Below, one piece after another: positions 19,540 through 29,885 of a stretch of DNA of 64,000 nucleotides. How positions within the stretch are numbered: the stretch's first letter is position 1; each line of letters opens with the position of its first letter. This stretch comes from a virus. The stretch lies in the IMG/VR virus record IMGVR_UViG_3300042691_009766, positions 6,391 through 70,390 of that record, one strand, 5' to 3'. The notes below the pieces were generated by a model that worked only from the letters and a program-made list of their open reading frames with translations, was not told where the DNA came from and did no database searches. Position numbers and translations under genes: made by a program.

Positions 19540-19551
19540 GATGTCCTCATG
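19537..19551 (+). promoter_or_regulatory. leaderless promoter -10 (TAAGAT-N6-ATG)
   Basis: TANNNT exactly 6 nt before an ATG lacking SD. Confidence 0.55.
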
Positions 19552-19815
19552 GACATTTTTATTACAATAGTTATTGCAGGTTTTGCTGCTGGTTATATCG
19601 TTGAGTTTTTCGGCTCTTTGTTAGGGCGTTGGCTTTCAATTAAGTTAATTAAACAACTCTTTACTCTTCCCTTTAGTTTTGTGGCTTTATGGGTGCTCGG
19701 TATTCACGACCCCGTTATTTTTGTGTATACTGCTGCTTCTGGGTTTATCTCGTTGGCTATTATGGCGTTCGTGTCTAAGCCTGTTGAGGTCACTCAGGTA
19801 GTTAATAGGAGGTAG
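19549..19815 (+). CDS. small membrane protein (holin-like candidate)
   Basis: three hydrophobic segments at end of the tail module. Confidence 0.55.
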   Translation: MDIFITIVIAGFAAGYIVEFFGSLLGRWLSIKLIKQLFTLPFSFVALWVLGIHDPVIFVYTAASGFISLAIMAFVSKPVEVTQVVNRR

Positions 19816-19816
19816 G

Positions 19817-20740
19817 GTGTCTGATTTAGAATTGCTGGAATTGCCACCAGCCCAATTGAAGGTCTTTTTAGCGATGCGTCATCTGGAGACTCGTTGGGGC
19901 GAAGTTAGGGCTTCTATGGACCTTCTAGGGGGTCTTACGGGGTATTCTAGGTCCTCTGTACACCGTGCAGTTGAGGCACTTGTAGAGGGGGGTTGGGTGC
20001 AGGTGAAGCGTACAAAGCGTAATTACGGGCTTTGGGATGAAAACCGCTACACGTTATTACGATGTGGCATCCGTGAAACATCGAAGCGTAAAATTGAGGT
20101 TTCTGAGACCCCTGAAGGACGTGTCATCCACGACACAACAACAGGTGTCTTATTAACTACTAAGTCTACTAATAGAGATATAACTACTAATAAGTTAAAT
20201 AATACACTTCAGGAGGATTCTGTGGTTAATCGTTGGCAAGACGATGAGGATTTGGGTGCGTTTGGATTGCTTGAGGGTGAAACACCTAGCGGTGCTTCTC
20301 CTGCGGAGAAGAAGAAACTTCATCGTTCTGAGAAGCCTCATGAGAAATGGACGGCTCAGGACGTTGCTTCAGAGTTCTCGTCTAGGGTTTACGCAAAAGT
20401 GCGTGGCATACCTGGGCTAGTGAACACCAAGCGTTTGGCTATTGCGTTGGCACAGAACCGCAAGAAGTTCGGCGTGACCTCAATTCAAGAGATTGGTGCT
20501 TTAGAGAAGTTCTTTAGCGATGAAAGAAACTTAGCGACTATTCGTAAGTTCCCTAAAAATTCTCACGGCATCTTCTTAAATGCCATAACTAAGTTCTTGG
20601 CAGAGAATGTTTCTGTAGAGACTGCTGTTGCAGTTGACGAAACTTCCATGTACATTTATGCTTCTGATGGCAAGCAGTTCGATAACTCAATGCCAGGTCG
20701 TGCATCACTGGCACGATACGAACAAAAACTGAAGGGCTAA
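19817..20740 (+). CDS. replication initiator with N-terminal winged HTH
   Basis: LGGLTGYSRSSVHRAVEALVEGGWV wHTH; followed by DnaC-like loader and DnaB. Confidence 0.75.
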   Translation: MSDLELLELPPAQLKVFLAMRHLETRWGEVRASMDLLGGLTGYSRSSVHRAVEALVEGGWVQVKRTKRNYGLWDENRYTLLRCGIRETSKRKIEVSETPEGRVIHDTTTGVLLTTKSTNRDITTNKLNNTLQEDSVVNRWQDDEDLGAFGLLEGETPSGASPAEKKKLHRSEKPHEKWTAQDVASEFSSRVYAKVRGIPGLVNTKRLAIALAQNRKKFGVTSIQEIGALEKFFSDERNLATIRKFPKNSHGIFLNAITKFLAENVSVETAVAVDETSMYIYASDGKQFDNSMPGRASLARYEQKLKG

Positions 20741-20741
20741 C

Positions 20742-21458
20742 ATGACATACAACCTTGGTGAACTTGATTCGCTAAAACGCAATTGGATTTTCAATCGCTC
20801 AAACATACCTAGAAGATTTATGGGTTTAGAACCATCAGACATCGAGGCTAGAACAGGTAAGTTCCCAGACATTATTGAAGAGTGGCTGGAGTTGGCGTTT
20901 GAAGGCAAAGTCATTAAAAACGTTGGTGGATTAGGCACAACTGGTGTCGGACTATTGTTTGATGGTGGTCCAGGGCTAGGTAAGACAACTCACGCAGTAA
21001 CTACTTTGATGGAGTTTATTCGTCGTATGCCAGAAGACAACATAGAACGAATTTTAGGCATCCCTTCAGGACTATCGCCTGTCGATATGAGACCGATTTA
21101 CTACATGACCTTTCCTGAATTTTTGTCACGCAAGAAAGCCTTGATTGATGCAGACGCAGATTCAAGACCAGACCTTTACCGTGAGATGGAAGGCTTTCAT
21201 GGCAGAGCCAAAGAAGACTGGTTAAATGTTAGGGTTTTAGTACTAGACGATTTAGGAAAAGAATACGGTTCAAAGTATGACGATACTTCATTTGATGAAA
21301 TTTTACGTTCACGCTACGACAAAGCGTTGCCTACAATTGTCACTACAAATGTTAAACGTGAAAACTGGGCGGCTCAGTACGGAGAGGCAATGGGTTCATT
21401 TGCTCACGAGGCTTTCCACAGAGTTGCGATTATCGGTAAGGACCTACGCCAAGGATGA
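20742..21458 (+). CDS. DnaC/IstB-like AAA+ helicase loader
   Basis: Walker A GGPGLGKT, Walker B LVLDDLGKE, PTIVTTN. Confidence 0.88.
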   Translation: MTYNLGELDSLKRNWIFNRSNIPRRFMGLEPSDIEARTGKFPDIIEEWLELAFEGKVIKNVGGLGTTGVGLLFDGGPGLGKTTHAVTTLMEFIRRMPEDNIERILGIPSGLSPVDMRPIYYMTFPEFLSRKKALIDADADSRPDLYREMEGFHGRAKEDWLNVRVLVLDDLGKEYGSKYDDTSFDEILRSRYDKALPTIVTTNVKRENWAAQYGEAMGSFAHEAFHRVAIIGKDLRQG

Positions 21459-21766
21459 GAGATAAAATGGTTGAAATCGAATGGAGAACAATTCAGTTCT
21501 TTATTGATGAAGGAGACTTCAAGGTTTATGAAGTCTGCGTAGACTCCGCAAACCCAAAAAAGAAAAGGTGCGATTGCGATAAGTTCGCCAGAGCCGCTAG
21601 ATGTAAGCACGTTAAATTCGTTACCGACAAACTAGAGAACAGCAACGGAGTGTTTAATTTAGCCATCCCATCAAAAGTCGCTGATGAAGAGGCTATGGAC
21701 GCCTTGTATGACCCTGAGATTTTTCGGCAACTTGTTTTAAAGTACGGAAAGATTGAGGTCATATGA
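21455..21766 (+). CDS. SWIM zinc-finger protein
   Basis: CDC-x7-CKH. Confidence 0.7.
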   Translation: MRDKMVEIEWRTIQFFIDEGDFKVYEVCVDSANPKKKRCDCDKFARAARCKHVKFVTDKLENSNGVFNLAIPSKVADEEAMDALYDPEIFRQLVLKYGKIEVI

Positions 21767-22182
21767 AAAACGGTGACATCTCAAACGAAACATCTCCAAA
21801 AATAGTAGTTGTAATTGACATAGTTGGGACATTAGGTGAAGAAGAAACACGCAAAAACATCCTGCAAAAGGAAAGACGTAAAGTAATAAAGACGTTAAAT
21901 CTAGCGTCAGTTTCACAACTGTGGACTCTAGCAAACAAATACGGGCTGTCTATTGAACTAGCCGCCTTTGAATCAGATGGCTGGACACAGGACGCTGTAG
22001 ATAAAGTTATGATGACTTTAGAACGCAGAGTAGCAAACCCATTTAATTATGCCGAGGTCTATGCGGACATTGACGAGTTAATTTCAATGCTTCCGTATCG
22101 ACCAAATTTAAAGGGCGTAATAGATTTACCAGAACGTATTGCAAGATACGGTTCGTATGGTGTAGAACTAAATAATCTGTAG
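21763..22182 (+). CDS. conserved hypothetical protein (degenerate HAD-like)
   Basis: IVVVIDIVG N-terminal strand; coupled ORF. Confidence 0.55.
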   Translation: MKNGDISNETSPKIVVVIDIVGTLGEEETRKNILQKERRKVIKTLNLASVSQLWTLANKYGLSIELAAFESDGWTQDAVDKVMMTLERRVANPFNYAEVYADIDELISMLPYRPNLKGVIDLPERIARYGSYGVELNNL

Positions 22183-22199
22183 TAAAAGAAGAGGGCTAA

Positions 22200-23447
22200 A
22201 TGGCATTAGACAACGAGCAAAGACTTGTCAGCAAAGTAATTCGTGACAGAGTAATCATTCCTGTCATTGAACAAGGCATAAAAGATGAGTGGTTTGTTGA
22301 TGACGATTTACGAAGAGTGTGGAAGTTTATTCGAGAGCACTACACCAATTACCGTGTAGTTCCTACAGCCGAAACTGTAAAAGATAATTTCCCTAACTTC
22401 ACTATCTATAACATCGAGGAATCGCTAGATTACCTAATTGACACGATGGTGTCGTTCCGTAGAAACGTTCTTACTCGCAACGGTCTGCAAGACGTAATGC
22501 AAAAAATGTCTCAAAATGACCATGAGGCTGCTCTATCTGAGATGAGTAAAACTGTTTCGACAGTAAATGCTCAGGGTGTAATTGGCACTACTCACGTTAA
22601 CCTGACAGAAAACACCGATAAGCGTTTTGAGGAATACGAAAACCTACAAAATAAAAAACTGCTTGGTATACCAACTGGGTTCGCAAAAATTGATGAGGCA
22701 ACGTCTGGCTTACAAGGCGGTCAGTTAATCACGGTTATTGCTCCACCTAAAACAGGTAAATCACAGATTGCATTGCAGATGGCAATTAATGTGCATGAAG
22801 CAGGGCTAACCCCTATGTTCCAATCTTTTGAGATGAACAATCACGAGCAATCTCAACGTCACGATGCTATCCGTGCTCACCTTTCCGCCACCCGTTTCCG
22901 CAACGGAAAACTACAACGGCTGGAAGAAGACCGCTACAAGGCACTACTTCAAGACATGAAAACCGAAAAGCCCTTCCATCTGATTGATGCTATGGGCGGT
23001 CTAACTGTGGATTCGTTGGTTGCCAAGATAGAGCAATTAACGCCAGATATAGTTTTTGTAGACGGTGTGTATTTGATGTTTGACCAAGTTACTGGAGAAG
23101 CGAACACGCCTCAAGCATTGACCAACATTACTCGTTCGCTTAAGCGGGTTGCACAGAAGATGAACATTCCTGTGGTAATCACCACTCAAACCCTGCTATG
23201 GAAAATGAAGGGTGGAAAAGTATCCGCTGATTCAATTGGCTATTCGTCATCTTTCTTCCAAGACTCCGATGTTATCCTTGGGCTAGAACCAATTGAAGAT
23301 GAAGATAAGCAAAGACTTCTAAAGATTGTTCAGTCTCGTAACTGCCCACCTAGTGCAGAAGAAATAACTTGGGATTGGGAGACTGGATGTTTCCACGACA
23401 AGATTAAAACTAAGACGTGTAAATACTGTACTCCTTGGAGTATTTAA
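22200..23447 (+). CDS. dnaB: replicative DNA helicase DnaB-like
   Basis: GIPTGF..ID..TSGL, APPKTGKS, VFVDG, QDSD. Confidence 0.92.
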   Translation: MALDNEQRLVSKVIRDRVIIPVIEQGIKDEWFVDDDLRRVWKFIREHYTNYRVVPTAETVKDNFPNFTIYNIEESLDYLIDTMVSFRRNVLTRNGLQDVMQKMSQNDHEAALSEMSKTVSTVNAQGVIGTTHVNLTENTDKRFEEYENLQNKKLLGIPTGFAKIDEATSGLQGGQLITVIAPPKTGKSQIALQMAINVHEAGLTPMFQSFEMNNHEQSQRHDAIRAHLSATRFRNGKLQRLEEDRYKALLQDMKTEKPFHLIDAMGGLTVDSLVAKIEQLTPDIVFVDGVYLMFDQVTGEANTPQALTNITRSLKRVAQKMNIPVVITTQTLLWKMKGGKVSADSIGYSSSFFQDSDVILGLEPIEDEDKQRLLKIVQSRNCPPSAEEITWDWETGCFHDKIKTKTCKYCTPWSI

Positions 23448-24460
23448 TGTTTGATGTAGTTAAAGCCTTAGAAGCACTAGGCGTTGATTACTTAGAGAGA
23501 AACACCGAGGCTAATGCCTTATGTCCTCAACACAAACAACGCACAGGTAGAGACGATAACTCCCCATCGTGGTGGATAAATCTTGAGTCAGGTATGCACA
23601 CTTGTTTTTCTTGTGGGTATAAAGGAAACCTCCTACAACTTGTTTGCGACATTAAAGAGTTATACATAACTTCTTGGGGCGATGTTAAATCGTATGATTA
23701 TGACGCCGCTAAAGCATGGCTAAAAAATATCGCAGAAGTCTCAATAGAAGATTTGATGTCCATGTTAAACAACATGCCACATTACATAAAAGATATTCCA
23801 AAACCTTTAGAGATGTCTGAAGCGAGATTGGCAGTGTTTGTTGAGCCGCCAGAGGAGCAACTTCTCTCACGTTCAATCACCGCAGAGTCAGCCGCAAAAT
23901 ACGGTGTGCTATGGGACAAAGACAAAAAGGCATGGGTACTACCTCTACGAGACCCTCACTTTAACCAACTGCTGGGTTGGCAAGAAAAAGGAACAGAAGA
24001 TAGAACCTTTATGAACCGTCCAGCAGGTTTAACAAGGTCAAAAACATTGTTTGGAGTTGATGTACAAAATGAAGAAGTCGCAATTGTGGTTGAGTCTCCT
24101 CTTGATTGCCTTAGGATTGACTCTGCTGGGATATCTGGTGCAGTCGCTGTTTGTGGGTCGTCTATAAGTGAAGACCAAATAAAATTACTGCGGTATTCAA
24201 AAAAGATAATTGCTGCATTTGATAACCCTAATATCGACCCCGCTGGTCGTAAGGCATCTAAAGAGATGCTTACTTGGGCTAGAAAATACGGGTTGAACCT
24301 GTTTTTCTTCAATTATGGTGGTACAAATAAGAAGGACCCAGGAGATATGGTGAACGAGGAGATTCTCTGGGGCGTAGAAAACGCTGTGTCATCACTTTTT
24401 GGAGAATCCGCATATGTTCACTGGGACGCTCAAACCATATCAGGTGGAAGCCGTCAATAA
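23447..24460 (+). CDS. DNA primase (Zn finger + TOPRIM)
   Basis: CPQH...CFSC; VVESPLD; AFDN; KDPGD. Confidence 0.9.
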   Translation: MFDVVKALEALGVDYLERNTEANALCPQHKQRTGRDDNSPSWWINLESGMHTCFSCGYKGNLLQLVCDIKELYITSWGDVKSYDYDAAKAWLKNIAEVSIEDLMSMLNNMPHYIKDIPKPLEMSEARLAVFVEPPEEQLLSRSITAESAAKYGVLWDKDKKAWVLPLRDPHFNQLLGWQEKGTEDRTFMNRPAGLTRSKTLFGVDVQNEEVAIVVESPLDCLRIDSAGISGAVAVCGSSISEDQIKLLRYSKKIIAAFDNPNIDPAGRKASKEMLTWARKYGLNLFFFNYGGTNKKDPGDMVNEEILWGVENAVSSLFGESAYVHWDAQTISGGSRQ

Positions 24461-25961
24461 GATGGTTGAGCAAAAGCGTATCCTTGTTGCCTATGAAATG
24501 GGGTTAGGCAAAACCCCGATGACGATAGCCGCCATTGAAGAACTCAAACCAAAAAAGACTTTAGTCCTATGTTTAGCAAGCCTAAAGTATCAATGGGAAA
24601 AAGAGATAAAGAAATTTTCCGACAGTTCTCCTTTAGTTATTGAAGGAACAGCCCAAAAACGCAAAGAACTGTACGAACAAATGTTCGATTACGATTATGT
24701 AATTATGAATTACGAGCAGGTAGTAAATGACTGGGACATTATTAAGACTTTTAATTTTGATGCTATGGTCTGCGATGAGGCAACCGCTATCAAGGGATTT
24801 AGGGCTAAAAGAGCCAAGCGAGTTAAAGAGTTGGCTAAAAGGGTCGAAATAAAGTTTGCCCTAACTGGGACACCGATAGAAAACGGTAAGCCAGAAGAAA
24901 TCTTTTCAATCATGCAGTTTGTTGACTCTACTGTTCTAGGACGCTTCGATATTTTTGATAAAACATTTATTATCAGAAATTATTTTGGTGGGGTTGAAAG
25001 ATACCGAAACCTCCCAACGCTACATCAAGTTTTAACTAAACACGCTGTTCGTAAATCTCAAAAAGACGAAGATGTTAAACCCTATCTTCCTGATGCCGTG
25101 TATCGAGAGCCTATTCTAGTTCCTTTAGACAGGGCTGGAGTAAGCCTTTACAAACACATTGCTACTGACTTAATAAACCTGCTAACAGAAGCCAGTGAAT
25201 TGTTTGGAAAGAACTTTAATTTAGCGGTTCATTATGGTCAAAGTTTCGACCCTGGCGACCCAGCAAACCAAATGCGTGGAGAAATCATGTCTCGCATAAG
25301 TGCATTGCGTATGCTGTGTTCAAGCCCTCAGGTGCTACAGGAAAGCCATGATAATTTTGAAAAGCATAATGGCAAAGGAAGTGCCTACGTTAACTCCCTT
25401 GGTGATTTAGTTCAATCTATATCTAAGACCCCAAAGTTAGATGTGGCTATAACCTACTTGACAGACCATTTAGACATAGACAATACTTACAAGGCTGTAG
25501 TGTTTACTTCCTATCTGCGTTCAGTAGATGAGATTGTAACTCGCTTAAAAGCAAAAGGTATAGATGCAGTAGCCTACACAGGCGAGATGTCTGCGGTGCA
25601 AAAAGAATCCGCTAAAGTGAAGTTCCAAACGGAATGTCAGACCCGTGTGCTAGTATCTAGTGATGCAGGAGGTTATGGGGTAGATTTGCCTCAAGCAAAC
25701 TTACTGCTAAACTACGACCAACCATGGTCTGCTGGACTTGCTGTTCAGCGTAATGGTAGGATAAACCGAGCGTCATCTGAATGGAGTACCATTACCATTC
25801 AGGACATACTGATTAAAGATTCGATAGAACAACGTCAATATGATATGCTCCAACAGAAGAAAACTGTTGCCAACGCTGTCCTAGATGGCGAAGGAATAAA
25901 TTCTTCTGGGGGGGTTGACTTAACTGTAGGAAGTCTCATAAACTTTCTATCTAACAAATAA
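24414..25961 (+). CDS. SNF2-family helicase
   Basis: EMGLGKT, DEAT, LTGTP.EN, GYGVDL, QRNGRINR. Confidence 0.92.
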   Translation: MFTGTLKPYQVEAVNKMVEQKRILVAYEMGLGKTPMTIAAIEELKPKKTLVLCLASLKYQWEKEIKKFSDSSPLVIEGTAQKRKELYEQMFDYDYVIMNYEQVVNDWDIIKTFNFDAMVCDEATAIKGFRAKRAKRVKELAKRVEIKFALTGTPIENGKPEEIFSIMQFVDSTVLGRFDIFDKTFIIRNYFGGVERYRNLPTLHQVLTKHAVRKSQKDEDVKPYLPDAVYREPILVPLDRAGVSLYKHIATDLINLLTEASELFGKNFNLAVHYGQSFDPGDPANQMRGEIMSRISALRMLCSSPQVLQESHDNFEKHNGKGSAYVNSLGDLVQSISKTPKLDVAITYLTDHLDIDNTYKAVVFTSYLRSVDEIVTRLKAKGIDAVAYTGEMSAVQKESAKVKFQTECQTRVLVSSDAGGYGVDLPQANLLLNYDQPWSAGLAVQRNGRINRASSEWSTITIQDILIKDSIEQRQYDMLQQKKTVANAVLDGEGINSSGGVDLTVGSLINFLSNK

Positions 25962-25974
25962 GGAGGGCTACACC

Positions 25975-26190
25975 GTGGCTAAAAGATACAAAAAACTGAC
26001 CGCAGGTCCGTTAGTAATTACCCATGCGTTTCATATAAAGGGCAAGAAGATTGTTCCTAATGTACGCATTTATGATGAGGCAAATGACGAAGACTTTTTC
26101 CTAGACGAAAAAGCAATCAAGCAATTAATTGCGGCATTACCTATCGCATTAGAAAGAGCAAAGAAGGAGTTAATCGACGATGGCAAATAG
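25975..26190 (+). CDS. hypothetical protein
   Basis: AGGAGG RBS, GTG start. Confidence 0.6.
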   Translation: MAKRYKKLTAGPLVITHAFHIKGKKIVPNVRIYDEANDEDFFLDEKAIKQLIAALPIALERAKKELIDDGK

Positions 26191-26623
26191 AATTGAAGAA
26201 GAAGGAACTCGATTCAGCAACCCTGATGACTTGCAGTCACAAGTTCAAGAGTATGTAAAACTCAAGGAAAGCATTTCTTTCATGGAGACTCGCCAAAAGG
26301 AACTTCGTGAAAAGATTTTTGGGAAACTTGATTCAGAAGGTTCTGAAGATACCGCTGGAAGCCTAAGCATTTATCTGGACACACCGATTGGTGATTACCA
26401 GAGAGTGCAGAAGACTCGCCGTGCAAAGCGTGCTCTAAACGAAGAGACCGCTGACCGCATCATTGAGGCAACTGGAATTGGTGAAGAAGTTTATGAAATG
26501 AAACGAGTCATCAATGAGGGTGCTTTAATGGCTGCTTATTACGAAGAGAAGATTACCGAGGAACAACTTGACGAGATGTTTCCTACCAAAGTAATCTGGG
26601 CGTTGGATATCCTAAAGAAGTAA
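26180..26623 (+). CDS. coiled-coil hypothetical protein
   Basis: AAGGAG RBS; in replication operon. Confidence 0.7.
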   Translation: MANRIEEEGTRFSNPDDLQSQVQEYVKLKESISFMETRQKELREKIFGKLDSEGSEDTAGSLSIYLDTPIGDYQRVQKTRRAKRALNEETADRIIEATGIGEEVYEMKRVINEGALMAAYYEEKITEEQLDEMFPTKVIWALDILKK

Positions 26624-26627
26624 ACCA

Positions 26628-27110
26628 ATGGCAGGGCTACGTTCAGAAAAAGAAATCCTTCAAGCATTTGAAGGTCTAGACCGTGCACCTGGCTCAAAAC
26701 AAAAACGCAGAGAGCCAACTGAAAAGGCTGTTAAGCGTAAAAAACAAGTCTTAGGCGAGAGTAATGGTTGGGACGAAAACCCAATCATTAAGACCGTCAA
26801 AGGAGTGGAGACGGAACTGTTTACTATCGGTGCTTTAGCACAAGCGTTAGAAAAACAGATTGTCACCATTCGTTTATGGGAAAAGAAGGGTTACATCCCT
26901 TCGGCTCCCTACCGTTTGCGTTCTAAAGAACTTAATGGTAAAAAGGTATTAGGTAATCGTGTTTACACACGAGAACTAATCCAGATAGCCATTGAAGAGT
27001 TTTCTAGACGTGGACTTCTGGGCACTGCTCGTGTAGAGTGGAAAAAGCACCAGACCCTAACTGACGACATTGTACGTCGTTGGAAAATAGCAATAAATCA
27101 AACCGATTAA
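26628..27110 (+). CDS. MerR-like HTH DNA-binding protein
   Basis: FTIGALAQAL....TIRLWEKKGYIP...RVYT. Confidence 0.8.
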   Translation: MAGLRSEKEILQAFEGLDRAPGSKQKRREPTEKAVKRKKQVLGESNGWDENPIIKTVKGVETELFTIGALAQALEKQIVTIRLWEKKGYIPSAPYRLRSKELNGKKVLGNRVYTRELIQIAIEEFSRRGLLGTARVEWKKHQTLTDDIVRRWKIAINQTD

Positions 27111-27141
27111 AACCGATTAGACCGATAAGGAAAATACCATT

Positions 27142-27795
27142 ATGGTAAACGACCCATCTGTTAACGCCAACAACTATTTTGTTGACGAAAACGAAAACAT
27201 CCCTGCAAAGCACGGCACGACTGTACAGTCTGGCTGGGACATTGCAGACAAGTTCCTCAAGCCAAAGAAAGAAGCAGGGGCTTACCCTACAGACTTCAAG
27301 ATTGCGGAACAGCCAAGGCTAGTACGTTTCTTGGACGATGCACCGTTCATGATTTACGAACAGCACTGGATTAACCGTACTGAAGGTAAGCGTTCATTCG
27401 TTTGCCTCGGTGAGGACTGCCCACTGTGTACTATTGCAGGAGACCAGCCTCGCCCACGTTTCGTGTTCAACGTCCTTGTCATTACTGACGAAGAGCCAAA
27501 CGTTCAAATCCTTTCAGCAACTCCAACTTTGGCTAAGATTCTTCGTGCGAAGAACGACGACCCAAAGTTCGGTCCTTTGTCCAAATTCTATTGGGCAATT
27601 TCTCGTCAAGGTACAGCCACTACTACTCAATACATCGTTGAGCGTGTAAAGGCTATGGACCTTGCTGAGGAGTGGGAACTTGATGTTGAGGAAATCGAAT
27701 CTGCAATCGCTAGTGCAGTAAAGTATGACGACTCAGCAGTCTACGTTAGCCCCCGTGAAGAACTGCTAAAACTGGCTCGTCAACTCGTTTCCTAA
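27142..27795 (+). CDS. ssDNA-binding protein (T4 gp32-like, Zn)
   Basis: VRFL, H..., C.G..CPLC; adjacent to polymerase. Confidence 0.7.
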   Translation: MVNDPSVNANNYFVDENENIPAKHGTTVQSGWDIADKFLKPKKEAGAYPTDFKIAEQPRLVRFLDDAPFMIYEQHWINRTEGKRSFVCLGEDCPLCTIAGDQPRPRFVFNVLVITDEEPNVQILSATPTLAKILRAKNDDPKFGPLSKFYWAISRQGTATTTQYIVERVKAMDLAEEWELDVEEIESAIASAVKYDDSAVYVSPREELLKLARQLVS

Positions 27796-27866
27796 ACAAT
27801 CCACTCGTGTGGGGGGCAGGGTCTATCCTTTCTACCTGCCTCCCACAACCAAACTTTCGGGGCATC

Positions 27867-29885
27867 ATGAACATCATTACAACTGTTGAACAGTTACAAG
27901 AATTTGTAGATTACTACTCTAAAGTCGATGCGTTTGCATTTGACGTTGAAACAATTGGCGAAAATCGCCTCTATCCAGTCATCAACGATGTCTGCTGGAT
28001 TTCTTTTGCAACTGAAGGTCGCACAGACGTTATCCCTATGGGTCACCCTAATGGTGAACTGGATGGCTATGACAAACCACTTCTTATTGATGGCAAGCGT
28101 CGCCTTGCTGAGGGCAAAGAAATTACTGATGCTCATTACAGCAAAGACCAGCGTAAATGGGTTCCTCGCTTTAGCGAAGCACCAGCACAACTAACTCCAC
28201 GTCAAGTCTTTGATGCGATTGAGCCATTGATGTTTTCGGACAAACTAAAAATTGCTCACAATGCAAAATTTGATTTAAAATCTATCGCTAAATACTACAA
28301 GGGCAAAGTACCACCGAAACCATACTTTGATACTTTAACCGCATCGTTTATCATCAACAACTTAGCCGCAAAAATGGGATTAGGTCTAAAAGACTGTGTT
28401 AAACGAGAACTTGGCGTAGAAATGGAAAAGGGTATCGGAGAAAACGTTGCCCTACACAGTTTTTCCGATGTTGCAAATTACTCTGGAATTGACTCAGAGT
28501 TAACGTGGAAACTTTACCAAGTTCTGGAAGAAAAGATTACGGGCAATCTAAAGAATGTTTGGCGTCTAGAGATGGACGTTCTATCAGTACTCTGTGACAT
28601 GGAACTCACAGGTGCTTATATCGACACCGATATGCTTGAGGTTTTGGCGGAGCAAATCGGTGCCGATAAAGAAGCCGCTAAAGCCAAGGCTTTTAAAGTG
28701 GCTGGTGAAGCATTTGCAATTAACTCTGTTCAAGAGAAGCAGAGATTGCTCTTCACCATGATTAACGGAAAATCAGCACGGCTATCTCCATCTATCTACA
28801 TTAATGGAAACATAAATAAGTCAGTACTTACCGATAAAGGTGTCGAGGCTGTAAAAGCCAAACAACACCTGCTTCCAAGCCATTTCTCCACAGGTGCGGA
28901 GGCATTGGAGTATTATCGTGGAAAAGACGATTTAGTAGATGCTCTTCTAGAGTATTCCGACTTAAACAAACTAATGACCACTTATGTAACCCCCTATAAA
29001 GGAGGTTTAGTGGAGCGTGAAACTAACGGAAAGAAAACCGTAGTAGAAAAGAAGTCGTTACTAATAAATGGTCGTGTTCACACCAATTTTAAATCCCATG
29101 GTGCTGAGACGGGTAGATTCTCTTCAAGCGAACCTAATCTTCAAAACATCCCATCATCGGGAGATTATGGAAAACTGGTCCGTAATTTATTTGTAGCCCC
29201 ACCTGACCACAAGTTAATTGTTGCAGATTACTCCCAAATTGAGCCGAGAATTATTGCGTCCTTCTCTGGCGACCCTAGACTAATAAGTAATTATCTTGAA
29301 GGCGGAGACATCTACACCACGATTGGCGACACCATGGGTGTTGACCGCAAAGCAGGTAAAGTATTGGTGCTGGCTATTTCATACGGCGTTGGTCCCGATA
29401 AAATCGCTGCTCAAATCGGGTGTACTTCTCAAGAGGCAAAGGACCTTCTTAAAAGGTTCGAGTCAGAATTTGCGTCTATCACAAAGTACAAAGAACGAGT
29501 TGTTAGAGCCGCCAAAAACAGTGGTAGCCTACCTTATGTAGAGACCATCTTTGGACGTCGCAGGTACATCCCTGGGCTAAAAAGCACAGACCGAATTGAA
29601 TTGTCTCGTGCAGAACGGCAAGCATTTAACACCATGATTCAAGGCTCTGCCGCTGATGTAATGAAACTGGCTTTAGTCCGTGCCCACTCTTGCTTTTTGG
29701 ATGAAAATGACATTAATGTTATTCTTACAGTTCACGATGAGTTGGTAACTATAACGCCGCAAGATAGAGCCGAAGAAACCGCAGAGGCTATTAGAAGTTC
29801 CATGGAAGGTATTAAAATTAGAGAGATTACAGTTCCACTTATTGCGGATGTACAAATCGTTGACAAATGGGGAGAAGCCAAGTGA
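27867..29885 (+). CDS. polA: DNA polymerase family A with 3'-5' exonuclease
   Basis: FDVET, HNAKFD, TGRFSSSEPNLQNIP, ADYSQIE, YG, QGSAAD, VHDE. Confidence 0.95.
   Translation: MNIITTVEQLQEFVDYYSKVDAFAFDVETIGENRLYPVINDVCWISFATEGRTDVIPMGHPNGELDGYDKPLLIDGKRRLAEGKEITDAHYSKDQRKWVPRFSEAPAQLTPRQVFDAIEPLMFSDKLKIAHNAKFDLKSIAKYYKGKVPPKPYFDTLTASFIINNLAAKMGLGLKDCVKRELGVEMEKGIGENVALHSFSDVANYSGIDSELTWKLYQVLEEKITGNLKNVWRLEMDVLSVLCDMELTGAYIDTDMLEVLAEQIGADKEAAKAKAFKVAGEAFAINSVQEKQRLLFTMINGKSARLSPSIYINGNINKSVLTDKGVEAVKAKQHLLPSHFSTGAEALEYYRGKDDLVDALLEYSDLNKLMTTYVTPYKGGLVERETNGKKTVVEKKSLLINGRVHTNFKSHGAETGRFSSSEPNLQNIPSSGDYGKLVRNLFVAPPDHKLIVADYSQIEPRIIASFSGDPRLISNYLEGGDIYTTIGDTMGVDRKAGKVLVLAISYGVGPDKIAAQIGCTSQEAKDLLKRFESEFASITKYKERVVRAAKNSGSLPYVETIFGRRRYIPGLKSTDRIELSRAERQAFNTMIQGSAADVMKLALVRAHSCFLDENDINVILTVHDELVTITPQDRAEETAEAIRSSMEGIKIREITVPLIADVQIVDKWGEAK

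Noticed and set aside
27807-27866. N-terminal extension of PolA in the ORF track
   Set aside because: It overlaps the intergenic hairpin; the protein more plausibly starts at ATG 27867 (MNIITT).
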